Shown here one piece after another: positions 6,430-15,144 of a stretch of DNA of 20,126 bases. Each line of letters starts with the position of its first letter. The stretch's first letter is position 1. Below the pieces are notes generated by a model. The model saw only the letters and a list, made by a program, of their open reading frames with translations. It had not been told where the DNA came from and did no database searches. Source of the stretch: an uncultured archaeon (GTDB lineage: Archaea; Asgardarchaeota; Heimdallarchaeia; Heimdallarchaeales; Kariarchaeaceae); the NCBI GenBank assembly GCA_964645535.1, contig CAZYCQ010000042.1, forward strand, positions 9,710 to 29,835, read 5' to 3'. Made by a program: the position numbers and the translations under genes.

Positions 6430-9099
6430 ATGGTGAAACTCAAACATGCTGTATCTATTCTTCTATCTGGACTTATTGCAGAATTGAATGTTTGGATTTC
6501 ACTTATGATTATCTTTGGAATGCTTACTGGTCTTTTATTGCAAAACAGGTCAAAAATTCAAATATTCCCATTGCAAGCAAAAATTTTTATTCCCAAGCTA
6601 TATAAAATACAGATTCTGACTCTCCTTATTTTCATGACAATGCTTTTTTCTGCCTTGTTGCCGAGCTTGCAAAAGCAGTACTTCTCTGACCAATTGGATC
6701 CGAACCTTCATCCCTATGGTCATATTGTATTGGAGGAAACTATTGCGGACAACATCCTTGGTGTTGATGATGATGCAATAGACAGAATGGCTGTGATGAT
6801 GGATGAAAAATTACTTTCTCATTTTTCTAGCTCTGCAATTGAATATTCTTTCGATCAATTTTTCTATTTGCAATCTTATGTTAATTTTACATTGAATGAG
6901 CCCATCTTTATTGATGGTACTGAAGTAGATACCTATGCAAATACAGCAACTGTTGTAATTGTTCCTGACACTTGGAATCTTGATCTTACCACTGGTGTTG
7001 GTTATTTCATTCCCTATCAAAGTGAAATGGGCAATGTGAACATATTCTACTCAAACGCAAAAAACAATGTAATAACCTTTAGATCACAGGATTCTCAAAA
7101 TCTCAATCAAACGAACATTGTGCTGGAACCTTTCTTGAAATCCAATCTCGATTTCCTTCCCAAGATTCCTCCCACATTTCAACTTGAAAATATCATTTTT
7201 ATGACAAGGGAAACTCTTCTTAATCTACATCCATCTCTTCAGGTTCTTGCGGGCTATTTCAGTTTAATTCGGTCGGTCTCAAGCATTTGGTTCAAATTTG
7301 GGGATATTCCTGATATCTCTTTTGTTTCTTTTGTAGAATCTACTGTTTTGCCGAATTATGAAATAACGGCATTTCCCTTATCGCAAACCTTGGAAAATCA
7401 GGAAAATGTCGCCAATCTTCTTTCAAGGATATTGATTTCAAGCCGAATTGCCATGGGGATAATATTGGCAGTACTTTTTTTTGCCAATTGGAACCAATAT
7501 TCCGATGAAAAGAAAAGATTGATGAGGCAAATCAAAAGGAAAGGTCGGAAGCCGGATGTTTTTTCAGCTTTTTCTGAAATGTTTGAATTGTGTGCGTTGT
7601 TGATGGTGCCTGCATTACTCAGTCTATTTCTTTACTTTATGGACATTGACCTTTTTGGATCTGTTTTGCGTGATTATCTTATTTCCATTGGGTTGGTGAG
7701 CCTTTTGTTTCCGATAGAAAAGCGACCATTGCCTTTAAGGGAACAATTGGGCGTTTATTCCAAATTAAGCCCCTTGTCAATATTTGTCATGGTCATCTAT
7801 GGTTTGTCCTTTGTTTCTCTCGAATCCAATTTCAATGATTATCTGATATTGGTATCCCCAATTATCGGAATGATTTTTGGCTATATCTATCTGCCTTCAT
7901 TTGTTGTTGCTGCCCTTAATAAAATCCCTTCCCGGAAAACACAAACGATACTTTTGAAGAAGGAAATCATGAATGTCATCGTTCATGAAAAAATTATCCT
8001 CAGACATGTGTTCCTGCTGTTGATTGTATCTGGTTTGATAATTGCCAATTCACATTATCAAACAGGTGTATTGGAAGACGAGAATATTGCTGTCGGCGGA
8101 GATTTTGGAATATCCAATTTGCCAAATGAAATCGTGGTACAAAAACTCGCTAACTTATCCTATGTTTCGATTTACTCTTCATTTACACATATGTCATTTG
8201 CGGATGAACGACTTAATTCGGAAACTGGACAAAAAATCACGATCAATCTCATAAAATTGCAATCTAATTATCTACAAATAGCGCAATCCAATTCTTATCT
8301 ACGACCTGTTTTTCAAGACATTGAAAAAGTGATCGAGGGTCAAATTGTGTTTTTCGGCGATCCTGACCTCCTTTCAAATGTAAAAGGTCTTGGCGAGTTG
8401 AGGATACCCAACATGAACTTTTTGGGTCCAAATTATGTTTCATTGTCAATTGAAGATATCTCATTGGGTGGACAATTGGTCGGCAGAACATGGCTATCCA
8501 CAAACGAAAATTCAAAACAAATTTCATTGTTGCTTCCCCCAGAAAAATTTGACCCCTTATTCAGATTCCAACTGGGATATATTCTGCAAAATGTAACGGT
8601 TGGTCTTTTTTCACAAGGCTTTGAAAAGAAAGAGGCTATTGAATTACTTAAAACAGAGTTCTGGAATTATCCGGAAGCTATCCTTAAGTTTGTTCCATTA
8701 GAGCAAGAAATGGTTCGCCCATCTTATCGCCTTTATTCATATATGAAAATCAAGGATCTGATTTTCATAATTGTTCTTCCCTTGGTAGCATTTGAAACAT
8801 GGAACCTGTTCAGCTTTAGTAAATTAAGGTTTGATGAAAACCTTCGATGGGCTGTTTCCGTTGAACATCTGAAAAAATTACGAAAACGCTCATTTTCTGC
8901 CTTTATCTATGGTTACGTCTCAATTTATTTCCTTTCTTCTGCAATGTTCCTAATTAGCATTTTACGAACCGCGATTCATCTACTTGGGATTGTAGCAGTG
9001 AATCATGTCAATCTGCTCTTTCACTATACCGTTGTATTTTGGGGGTTGTTGGGCCCTCTCACTATTTTTGCAGCATGGAGGTCTGCCAATGTCAATTAA
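6430..9099 (+). CDS. Large ABC transporter permease, FtsX/MacB-like duplicated architecture (divergent)
   Basis: 889 aa with a TM-extracellular domain-TM cluster repeated twice, a 'VGGDFGI' motif at the start of the second extracytoplasmic domain, and a position just upstream of two ABC ATPases. Confidence 0.75.
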   Translation: MVKLKHAVSILLSGLIAELNVWISLMIIFGMLTGLLLQNRSKIQIFPLQAKIFIPKLYKIQILTLLIFMTMLFSALLPSLQKQYFSDQLDPNLHPYGHIVLEETIADNILGVDDDAIDRMAVMMDEKLLSHFSSSAIEYSFDQFFYLQSYVNFTLNEPIFIDGTEVDTYANTATVVIVPDTWNLDLTTGVGYFIPYQSEMGNVNIFYSNAKNNVITFRSQDSQNLNQTNIVLEPFLKSNLDFLPKIPPTFQLENIIFMTRETLLNLHPSLQVLAGYFSLIRSVSSIWFKFGDIPDISFVSFVESTVLPNYEITAFPLSQTLENQENVANLLSRILISSRIAMGIILAVLFFANWNQYSDEKKRLMRQIKRKGRKPDVFSAFSEMFELCALLMVPALLSLFLYFMDIDLFGSVLRDYLISIGLVSLLFPIEKRPLPLREQLGVYSKLSPLSIFVMVIYGLSFVSLESNFNDYLILVSPIIGMIFGYIYLPSFVVAALNKIPSRKTQTILLKKEIMNVIVHEKIILRHVFLLLIVSGLIIANSHYQTGVLEDENIAVGGDFGISNLPNEIVVQKLANLSYVSIYSSFTHMSFADERLNSETGQKITINLIKLQSNYLQIAQSNSYLRPVFQDIEKVIEGQIVFFGDPDLLSNVKGLGELRIPNMNFLGPNYVSLSIEDISLGGQLVGRTWLSTNENSKQISLLLPPEKFDPLFRFQLGYILQNVTVGLFSQGFEKKEAIELLKTEFWNYPEAILKFVPLEQEMVRPSYRLYSYMKIKDLIFIIVLPLVAFETWNLFSFSKLRFDENLRWAVSVEHLKKLRKRSFSAFIYGYVSIYFLSSAMFLISILRTAIHLLGIVAVNHVNLLFHYTVVFWGLLGPLTIFAAWRSANVN

Positions 9100-9952
9100 A
9101 TTTAGTCAAGTCACACACATTTATCCTGGTCCTAAATTTCAACCTCAAATGAATATCATCGCTCTTGATTCGGTTTCTTTTCAAATACCAAAATCAAAAA
9201 CAGTTGCTATTTTTGGACATAGCGGTTCTGGTAAATCTACATTCCTCAACATTCTTACAGGTAATCTCCGACCTACCGCTGGGCTGGTATTTATTGATTC
9301 TGTGGCAATTTATGGATTGGATGACGACGACCTGCAAAACTTTATCTCAGAAAATATTTACTATATCACACAAGATTTGGAAGATAACCTTATCTCTGGA
9401 TTATCCGGAAAAGAAAATGCGGTTTTAAGTCTAATGGCGTCAGGAAAGACCGGTTCAATCTTCCCTTACTTTGAATTAATGGAGATCGAGCATCTTTACA
9501 ACCTTCCTGTCAAACGTATGTCTTCTGGAGAAAAGCAACTTCTTTCATTGACCCTCGCCCTGATTTTAGAACCCAAAATTCTCGTAATGGATGAACCAAC
9601 AAGTTATTTGGATGCAAAAACCAAAATTGTCGCTATGCATAAGGTTCTGGATTTTTGCAAAGAAAAAGAGATTTCTGTTATCTTTTCAACCCATGATGAG
9701 GATATTCTGAAGTTGGCTGATCTGGGAATTGGGATATTCTATGGAAAATTTGATCGAATAATTGAAAATCCATCCTCGATCTCAGAAATCCGTGAAATTA
9801 TCGAAGGAAAATTCTATTTGCTCCCAATAGATGACAATGGGACAATTGTGATTCCTAAATTTGCAAGGGAACAGGTAGGTATCAAAAATAGAGTCAGGAT
9901 GGAAATTGTCGGAAACAAAATAATACTTGCTCCCGAGGAGGAAGGGCAATGA
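9089..9952 (+). CDS. ABC ATP-binding protein (LolD/MacB-like) with C-terminal AbrB/SpoVT-like swapped-hairpin domain
   Basis: Walker A GHSGSGKST, signature MSSGEKQ, Walker B ILVMDEPT, H-loop STHD, and C-terminal IDDNGTIVIPKFAREQVGIKNRVRMEIVGNKIILAP. Start re-called at ATG 9089 (GGAGG at 9077-9081) instead of 9005. Confidence 0.9.
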   Translation: MSIKFSQVTHIYPGPKFQPQMNIIALDSVSFQIPKSKTVAIFGHSGSGKSTFLNILTGNLRPTAGLVFIDSVAIYGLDDDDLQNFISENIYYITQDLEDNLISGLSGKENAVLSLMASGKTGSIFPYFELMEIEHLYNLPVKRMSSGEKQLLSLTLALILEPKILVMDEPTSYLDAKTKIVAMHKVLDFCKEKEISVIFSTHDEDILKLADLGIGIFYGKFDRIIENPSSISEIREIIEGKFYLLPIDDNGTIVIPKFAREQVGIKNRVRMEIVGNKIILAPEEEGQ

Positions 9953-10554
9953 AGCCAATTATTTCACTCAATAACATCTCAAAATCCTACATTTCTGCTG
10001 ATGGACGGAAAAGAACCATTCTCCATGATCTATCCCTTCAGATCTTTAAGAATGACTTTATCTGCATTAAAGGACCCAGTGGAAGCGGAAAAACAACACT
10101 TCTTAGATTGATTTCTGGTTCTTTAACCCCTGATTCCGGAGACATAACCTACTTCAACACAACAAGGGAAAATATGACATTTATGTGGCAAGAAACTGCC
10201 CTTGTGCCCTTTTTCAATGTCAACGAAAATCTTTCTGATACTGGAAACCCCAGTGTTTATGATTTCCGCGATTTCTTAGAGGAGGACATTATGGACAAAT
10301 ATCCTGATGAATTGTCAAAAGGACAAATTCAACGGGTATTGATTGCGAAATCCATATTGGATGCCAAGGATGTGCTCTTTTTTGACGAGCCCACTGCAAA
10401 CCTTGACCTACCGAATGTCAAAAAAATCGCAAATCTCTTTAAAAAACTAGTAAATGACGGTTTTACTCTGATATTCGTTTCCCATTCAAAATTCATGATG
10501 GATATTGCTGACAAATCATTTGAACTTGCTGATGGAAAGCTTACGGGTATTTAA
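9949..10554 (+). CDS. ABC ATP-binding protein (LolD/MacB-like), short
   Basis: Walker A GPSGSGKTT, signature LSKGQIQR, Walker B VLFFDEPTANLD, H-loop VSHS. ATGA overlap with the upstream gene. Confidence 0.9.
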   Translation: MKPIISLNNISKSYISADGRKRTILHDLSLQIFKNDFICIKGPSGSGKTTLLRLISGSLTPDSGDITYFNTTRENMTFMWQETALVPFFNVNENLSDTGNPSVYDFRDFLEEDIMDKYPDELSKGQIQRVLIAKSILDAKDVLFFDEPTANLDLPNVKKIANLFKKLVNDGFTLIFVSHSKFMMDIADKSFELADGKLTGI

Positions 10555-11698
10555 AGTCCGAGTTAAAGCTATGTATCTTACCGTCACTATGATTGCTATG
10601 GGGATCATCCACGAAATGAACGATGCCGTCTCTTCATAGGTTGTTCGTTCTCCTCCTTCACCATTGGGAATTAGGAATGATGTCGGATATTGATACAGAT
10701 TCAATGTGAAAGATGCATTTTCCTTTCCCGAGTAATAGATGAGCAGTCTGAAATCCATTGGATTGTTATCAGGTTCATAGTCAATGTAATTGTCGGCACC
10801 TGGCTGTCCTGAATGGATATATGCCTTCATACTAACCTCATCAAGCTCTTGTTCAATCTCGAATTGGAAGAAATGCAATTCATCTTTATGGTTTTCATCA
10901 ACTTGCTTGTAGTATATGTCCTTGTTCAAAATCGGGTCATATCCCCGTTAATAGGATTTGAAATAGTTCCTGTAGTCGTCCTGTACCTTTTCATCGATGT
11001 TTGACAGGAAAATGACTGTTAGCGTCCCTTCTGCCTTGACTGATGAAAGGTTTGCTACAACCATTGATTTGATTTCCATTGTCATCGGCAAATCCAGATA
11101 ATCTCCGGATCTAATTTCGTATGTTTTTTCCTTGATCAGATAATTGAACCGGTCTAGTTGATCTACCCTGTATTTGAAGATGGCAACCCCTTCCTCTTCG
11201 TAATAGATGGCGATTCTTACTTTTTCATACCAGAACCCCATCTCCAACTGAACTGTTGGTGTTGTAATATTGAGGGAAACCACACTTACTTTATTGCTGA
11301 TGTTTCCTGGAGCAGAGAAAAGCCCTTCCCATTTTTTAAACGTAAGATAGGAAACGTTCCATACCATGTAAGGGTCTATCAGGAAATCATATGAATCATA
11401 TGTTTCAACAACTTCATCAAAATATGCTGGAATTGGATCAGATTCATTGTAAAACATGACAAATCTGAAATACACCATTGACAGAGACATTGGTCAACGT
11501 CAGCAAAGCTGGGGGATCCCAATAATAGTCCCTCAAAAAATACTTGAATTGAGTAAGATCCACCGTGAGGATTTCAGGAGATCCTAGACTTGCTTGACCT
11601 TCCGTCTCCATGACTACCGGATATTCTTCAATGAACGCATTCGACATGCTGACCATTGAAACCAATAAAACAATTAATGTAAAGAATGTCTTTCTCAT
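10516..11698 (-). pseudogene. Disrupted surface protein (signal peptide + C-terminal TM anchor), split into three ORFs
   Basis: 11444..11698 has the signal peptide and an SD-like GAGGT. 10948..11490 overlaps it in another frame (frameshift near 11470-11490). TAA at 10948-10950 is followed in frame by RGYDPI and ORF 10516..10929, which ends in a TM helix with a basic tail. Confidence 0.75.
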
Positions 11699-11979
11699 TT
11701 ATATGACCTCACAGATATTGTATTGGCGTTCCTCCTCTATTTGGGATTGAGGCTTGACCCAACGTAAATGAGTATTCGAAAAGATCCGGAATTGTGACAT
11801 ATCCCCATCCCAATCTGATGTCTCATGGGTTTTAGTTTTTCGGTTTTCCCTTGTCTCATGGAATCAGGAACGGACAACTATCATGAGCTACCCTCTGCTC
11901 TTTTAGACGTTTCTTCTCATTTCCGTATCAAATCTCAAATATGAAAAATTACGTGTTGTATGCCGGTTTGTTTTTCAGA

Positions 11980-12918
11980 CTACTGGCTTTTGACTTCCTT
12001 GATCTTCTCGATGAGCTTGGGAACTGCCTTGAAGAGGTCGGCAACAATGCCGTAGTCGGCCACCTTGAAAATGGGGGCTTCCTCGTCCTTGTTGATGGCC
12101 ACGATGATGTCGGACGTGGACATGCCTGCAAGGTGCTGGATGGCTCCTGAAATGCCGACTGCAATGTACAGCTTGGGTGAGACGAATTTTCCGGTCTGAC
12201 CGACCTGTTCGGAATGGGGTCTCCAGCCTGCATCGACGACTGCCCTGCTGGCTCCGACTGCGGCTCCAAGAACGTCTGCAAGCTCCTCAATGAGGTGGAA
12301 GTTTTCGGGGCCTCCAACACCTCTTCCTCCTGAAACAATGATGTCTGCCTCTGTCAGCTCGATCTTGTCGGTGGAGGCGGCAAGAACCTCTGTCAGCTTG
12401 CTTCTTCCATCCACCTCATCTGCATCGACACTGATGTCCGTCACCTCGGCACTTCCCTCTCCCATTTCGGGAGTATCGAATACACCGGGTCTGACGGTGA
12501 CCACGACCTTGGATGCATCCACCTGAATGGTGGAGAGGATCTTGTTGCCGTGGATGGATCTGACGAAAGTCTTGCCGTCGACTACCTTGGTGATGTCCCC
12601 TGCATAGGCCGCATCAAATTTGACGGCAAGTCTAGGTCCGATTTCTCTTCCCCAGACGGTTCCGGGAAGAACATAATAGTCTGCCTCAACGGATGCAATG
12701 GCCTTTGCAAACAGTGAGGGATGGTAGGGATCAATCTCCGCCTTGAAGACCTTTGAAAAGCCAAGCTTGCCTGCATCTTGCAGGGTTGCGTCGAGGTCTT
12801 TTCCAACCACGACGGCGACGTATTCATCTCCCTGCATCTCCTTGGCTGCTTTGGTTGCCTCTAGGGCTGCCTTGACGGTCTTGCCGTTGTATGATTCGAG
12901 GAATACTGCCACTTTCAT
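11980..12918 (-). CDS. etfA: Electron transfer flavoprotein alpha subunit
   Basis: [83 protein letters not shown]. Confidence 0.96.
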   Translation of the reverse strand: MKVAVFLESYNGKTVKAALEATKAAKEMQGDEYVAVVVGKDLDATLQDAGKLGFSKVFKAEIDPYHPSLFAKAIASVEADYYVLPGTVWGREIGPRLAVKFDAAYAGDITKVVDGKTFVRSIHGNKILSTIQVDASKVVVTVRPGVFDTPEMGEGSAEVTDISVDADEVDGRSKLTEVLAASTDKIELTEADIIVSGGRGVGGPENFHLIEELADVLGAAVGASRAVVDAGWRPHSEQVGQTGKFVSPKLYIAVGISGAIQHLAGMSTSDIIVAINKDEEAPIFKVADYGIVADLFKAVPKLIEKIKEVKSQ

Positions 12919-12919
12919 T

Positions 12920-13699
12920 TCAGATCACCTTCTCCTTGTTGTGGAGTGCATCCACGAGTTGTTCGATGGCCTCGTCAAGGTCTCCCTTGAAGATGACTCC
13001 TCCCTTCTTGGCAGGTGGGAATTCAACCTTGACCTGCGTGACCTTCCTGTTGGATGTACCTGCAAATTCAAGATACTCCGCACCATCTTTTTCGTCCACC
13101 TTCTTCTTCTTGGCCTTCATGATGTCGGGAAGCTTGGGATACCTCGGCTCGTTCAATCCCTTGTCGGTCGTGACTATTGCAGGAAGGGTAAGTTCGAATT
13201 TTTCCTTGCGGGCGGTGGCGTCCCTTGTGACAACAACCTTGCCTTCTTCCACCTCCAATCCCGAAATCTCGGCAACAACAGGCATGTTGAGGAGTTCACC
13301 GACTGCGGGTCCGACAAAGCTGTCGGCAGTGTCGGTTGCCAACCGTCCTGCAAACACAAGGTCGGGCTGGAGTGCCTCCAGTTCCTTGGCAAGCACCTTG
13401 GCGATACCCAGAGGATCACTGTCCGCAAGAGCCTCATTGTTCACCAATACGGCATCATCGGCACCCATTGCCAATGCCTTCCTGATGACCTGACTCTCAA
13501 CTCCTTTTCCAAGTGTCAGGAGTGTGACAGTTCCTCCCAATTTCTCCTTGGTCTGGATGGCTGCCTCAAGAGCATACTCATCATATGGTGATGCAATCCA
13601 CTCAATGGAATCGTCATAGACGACGTCCTTTCCATCGTCCCTGATCTGGAACCTTGTTTCCGTATCAGGTACGGCTTTGAGCATGACGACGATTTTCAT
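12920..13699 (-). CDS. etfB: Electron transfer flavoprotein beta subunit
   Basis: MKIVVMLKAVPDT, PYDEYALEAA, RKALAMGADDAVL, NEPRYPKLPDIMKAKKK. Lies 1 bp upstream of etfA. Confidence 0.95.
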   Translation of the reverse strand: MKIVVMLKAVPDTETRFQIRDDGKDVVYDDSIEWIASPYDEYALEAAIQTKEKLGGTVTLLTLGKGVESQVIRKALAMGADDAVLVNNEALADSDPLGIAKVLAKELEALQPDLVFAGRLATDTADSFVGPAVGELLNMPVVAEISGLEVEEGKVVVTRDATARKEKFELTLPAIVTTDKGLNEPRYPKLPDIMKAKKKKVDEKDGAEYLEFAGTSNRKVTQVKVEFPPAKKGGVIFKGDLDEAIEQLVDALHNKEKVI

Positions 13700-13839
13700 C
13701 AGAAAGAATACGATGACTTTCTTTTTTTAGATTTGTCATTTAATCCGATTATTTACGCGTATCAATGGAAATAAATTGAGAAATTCACAAAAAATCTGGC
13801 GTTCGTTCGTACCGCAAATCTGGCAACACAGATGTTTAA

Positions 13840-14982
13840 ATGCAAGAATTCCCTAAGGGATATGTGTCAAACACCTCTGAGATTGACAATCTCTATGAAA
13901 TTGCCGATGAACTGGCCCAAACCATCCTCAGCAATACCGAAATCCTCCTGAACCTTCCGAAGATTGACGAACTGGGATGGAAAACACTCCCTCCCCCTTC
14001 AGAAAAACCCATGACCATGGCAAGTGTGGATGGTGGATCTCGCCTCCTTCAGGGAAGAAGCCTCTACTTGCTCTTCGCCCAAGCCGCTGGACGACCAATG
14101 GGAATCGGGGGAACACAGATGCCTAAGGATTACCCATGGATTGTGGAACGATATGCCGAAAAGGTGTCTTCTGGAGGACAATTCGCCAGTGATCTGCTCT
14201 CACGCATTCGTGAACGGCTTGAACTGAGCGTCGCCATCGATCTCATGGAACGGTTCTCTCCCGAATACATGCTCATGGATGGCACCCTCGATGGACTCTT
14301 CATCATCGGCATCCCGACACGACTTATCCTCTCCACCCTCAATGGAGAAGAAGACCTCAACGATGACCTCCGACTCTTCAAAGGAGAATTGATCGCTTAT
14401 GGAGATGTTCTCAAAGAATTCATGGAAACCGCTGAAAAACAGGGAACAAAGGTGATCGGACTATCCAAGGACAGCTACAGCAAAATATTCGTCCCGGCAG
14501 AACTCAGGGAAATGGGAATCAACGATTCCATGTACTTCTCAATGATAACACAAGGAAGAAGAGGCTACTCAACTGTCAATACACGAAAAGGAATCGAAAA
14601 ACTGAAGATGATGAAAATTCCCAAGACCGACGAATCATTCATTCTGACCCTCTGGAAAGACAACAAGATCCAACTCAAGGACGATGACACCAACATCAGC
14701 ACCTTCTTCGCAAATTTCGCAAATAGAGGCATTCCCGTCCGAGTAGACTACTTCGCCAACAGGGGACTGTCCCCCGATGAGATCATCGCAGACCTTCAGA
14801 ACGTCTCCGATGGAAAGGACTGGTTCATTCCCCCCCGCCTGGCACATGAAAAGGCCAAAGTCAAAAGCGACCTGTTTGATGTGTTCGTCAAGCAGATCTA
14901 TCGAAGAATTGAAGCCTCCAATCCAACACTCGCAAACCTCGTGCTTGGTGCAACCCGTAGAATGAGAACACAGGGCGGCTGA
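13840..14982 (+). CDS. nurA: NurA-domain nuclease (RNase H-like fold)
   Basis: Motifs ASVDGGS, RERLE, MLMDGTL, VIGLSKDS, VRVDY and PPRLAHEKAKV match the conserved NurA catalytic blocks. Confidence 0.8.
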   Translation: MQEFPKGYVSNTSEIDNLYEIADELAQTILSNTEILLNLPKIDELGWKTLPPPSEKPMTMASVDGGSRLLQGRSLYLLFAQAAGRPMGIGGTQMPKDYPWIVERYAEKVSSGGQFASDLLSRIRERLELSVAIDLMERFSPEYMLMDGTLDGLFIIGIPTRLILSTLNGEEDLNDDLRLFKGELIAYGDVLKEFMETAEKQGTKVIGLSKDSYSKIFVPAELREMGINDSMYFSMITQGRRGYSTVNTRKGIEKLKMMKIPKTDESFILTLWKDNKIQLKDDDTNISTFFANFANRGIPVRVDYFANRGLSPDEIIADLQNVSDGKDWFIPPRLAHEKAKVKSDLFDVFVKQIYRRIEASNPTLANLVLGATRRMRTQGG

Positions 14983-15067
14983 AGCATATGACGGGCTGCG
15001 CGGATGAAACATGAGACCGAATGCGCAGTTAGATGACAAGATGCACGGCTGAACGATAGCATCAAGA

Positions 15068-15144
15068 AAGATGCAAGATACAAGATACAAGACACAAAAC
15101 ACAAGAGACAGAACACAAATCACAAGGCACAGAACACAAATCAG
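15068..15144. repeat. 11 degenerate 7-bp tandem repeats (AAGAyAC-like) between convergent nurA and ftsZ
   Basis: aagatgc aagatac aagatac aagacac aaaacac aagagac agaacac aaatcac aaggcac agaacac aaatcag. The last unit overlaps the ftsZ stop codon. Confidence 0.85.

Noticed and set aside
9005-9088. Upstream start for the first ABC ATPase
   Set aside because: It overlaps the permease by 95 bp. ATG 9089 has a GGAGG SD and gives a typical ATPase N-terminus.
12743-13591. 282-aa and 200-aa + strand ORFs
   Set aside because: Antisense to etfB/etfA, and explained by GC-rich codon bias suppressing stops.
14635-15123. Cys-rich hydrophobic ORFs on the - strand (MICVLSLVFCVLYLVSC...)
   Set aside because: They are translations of the 7-bp repeat running antisense into nurA.
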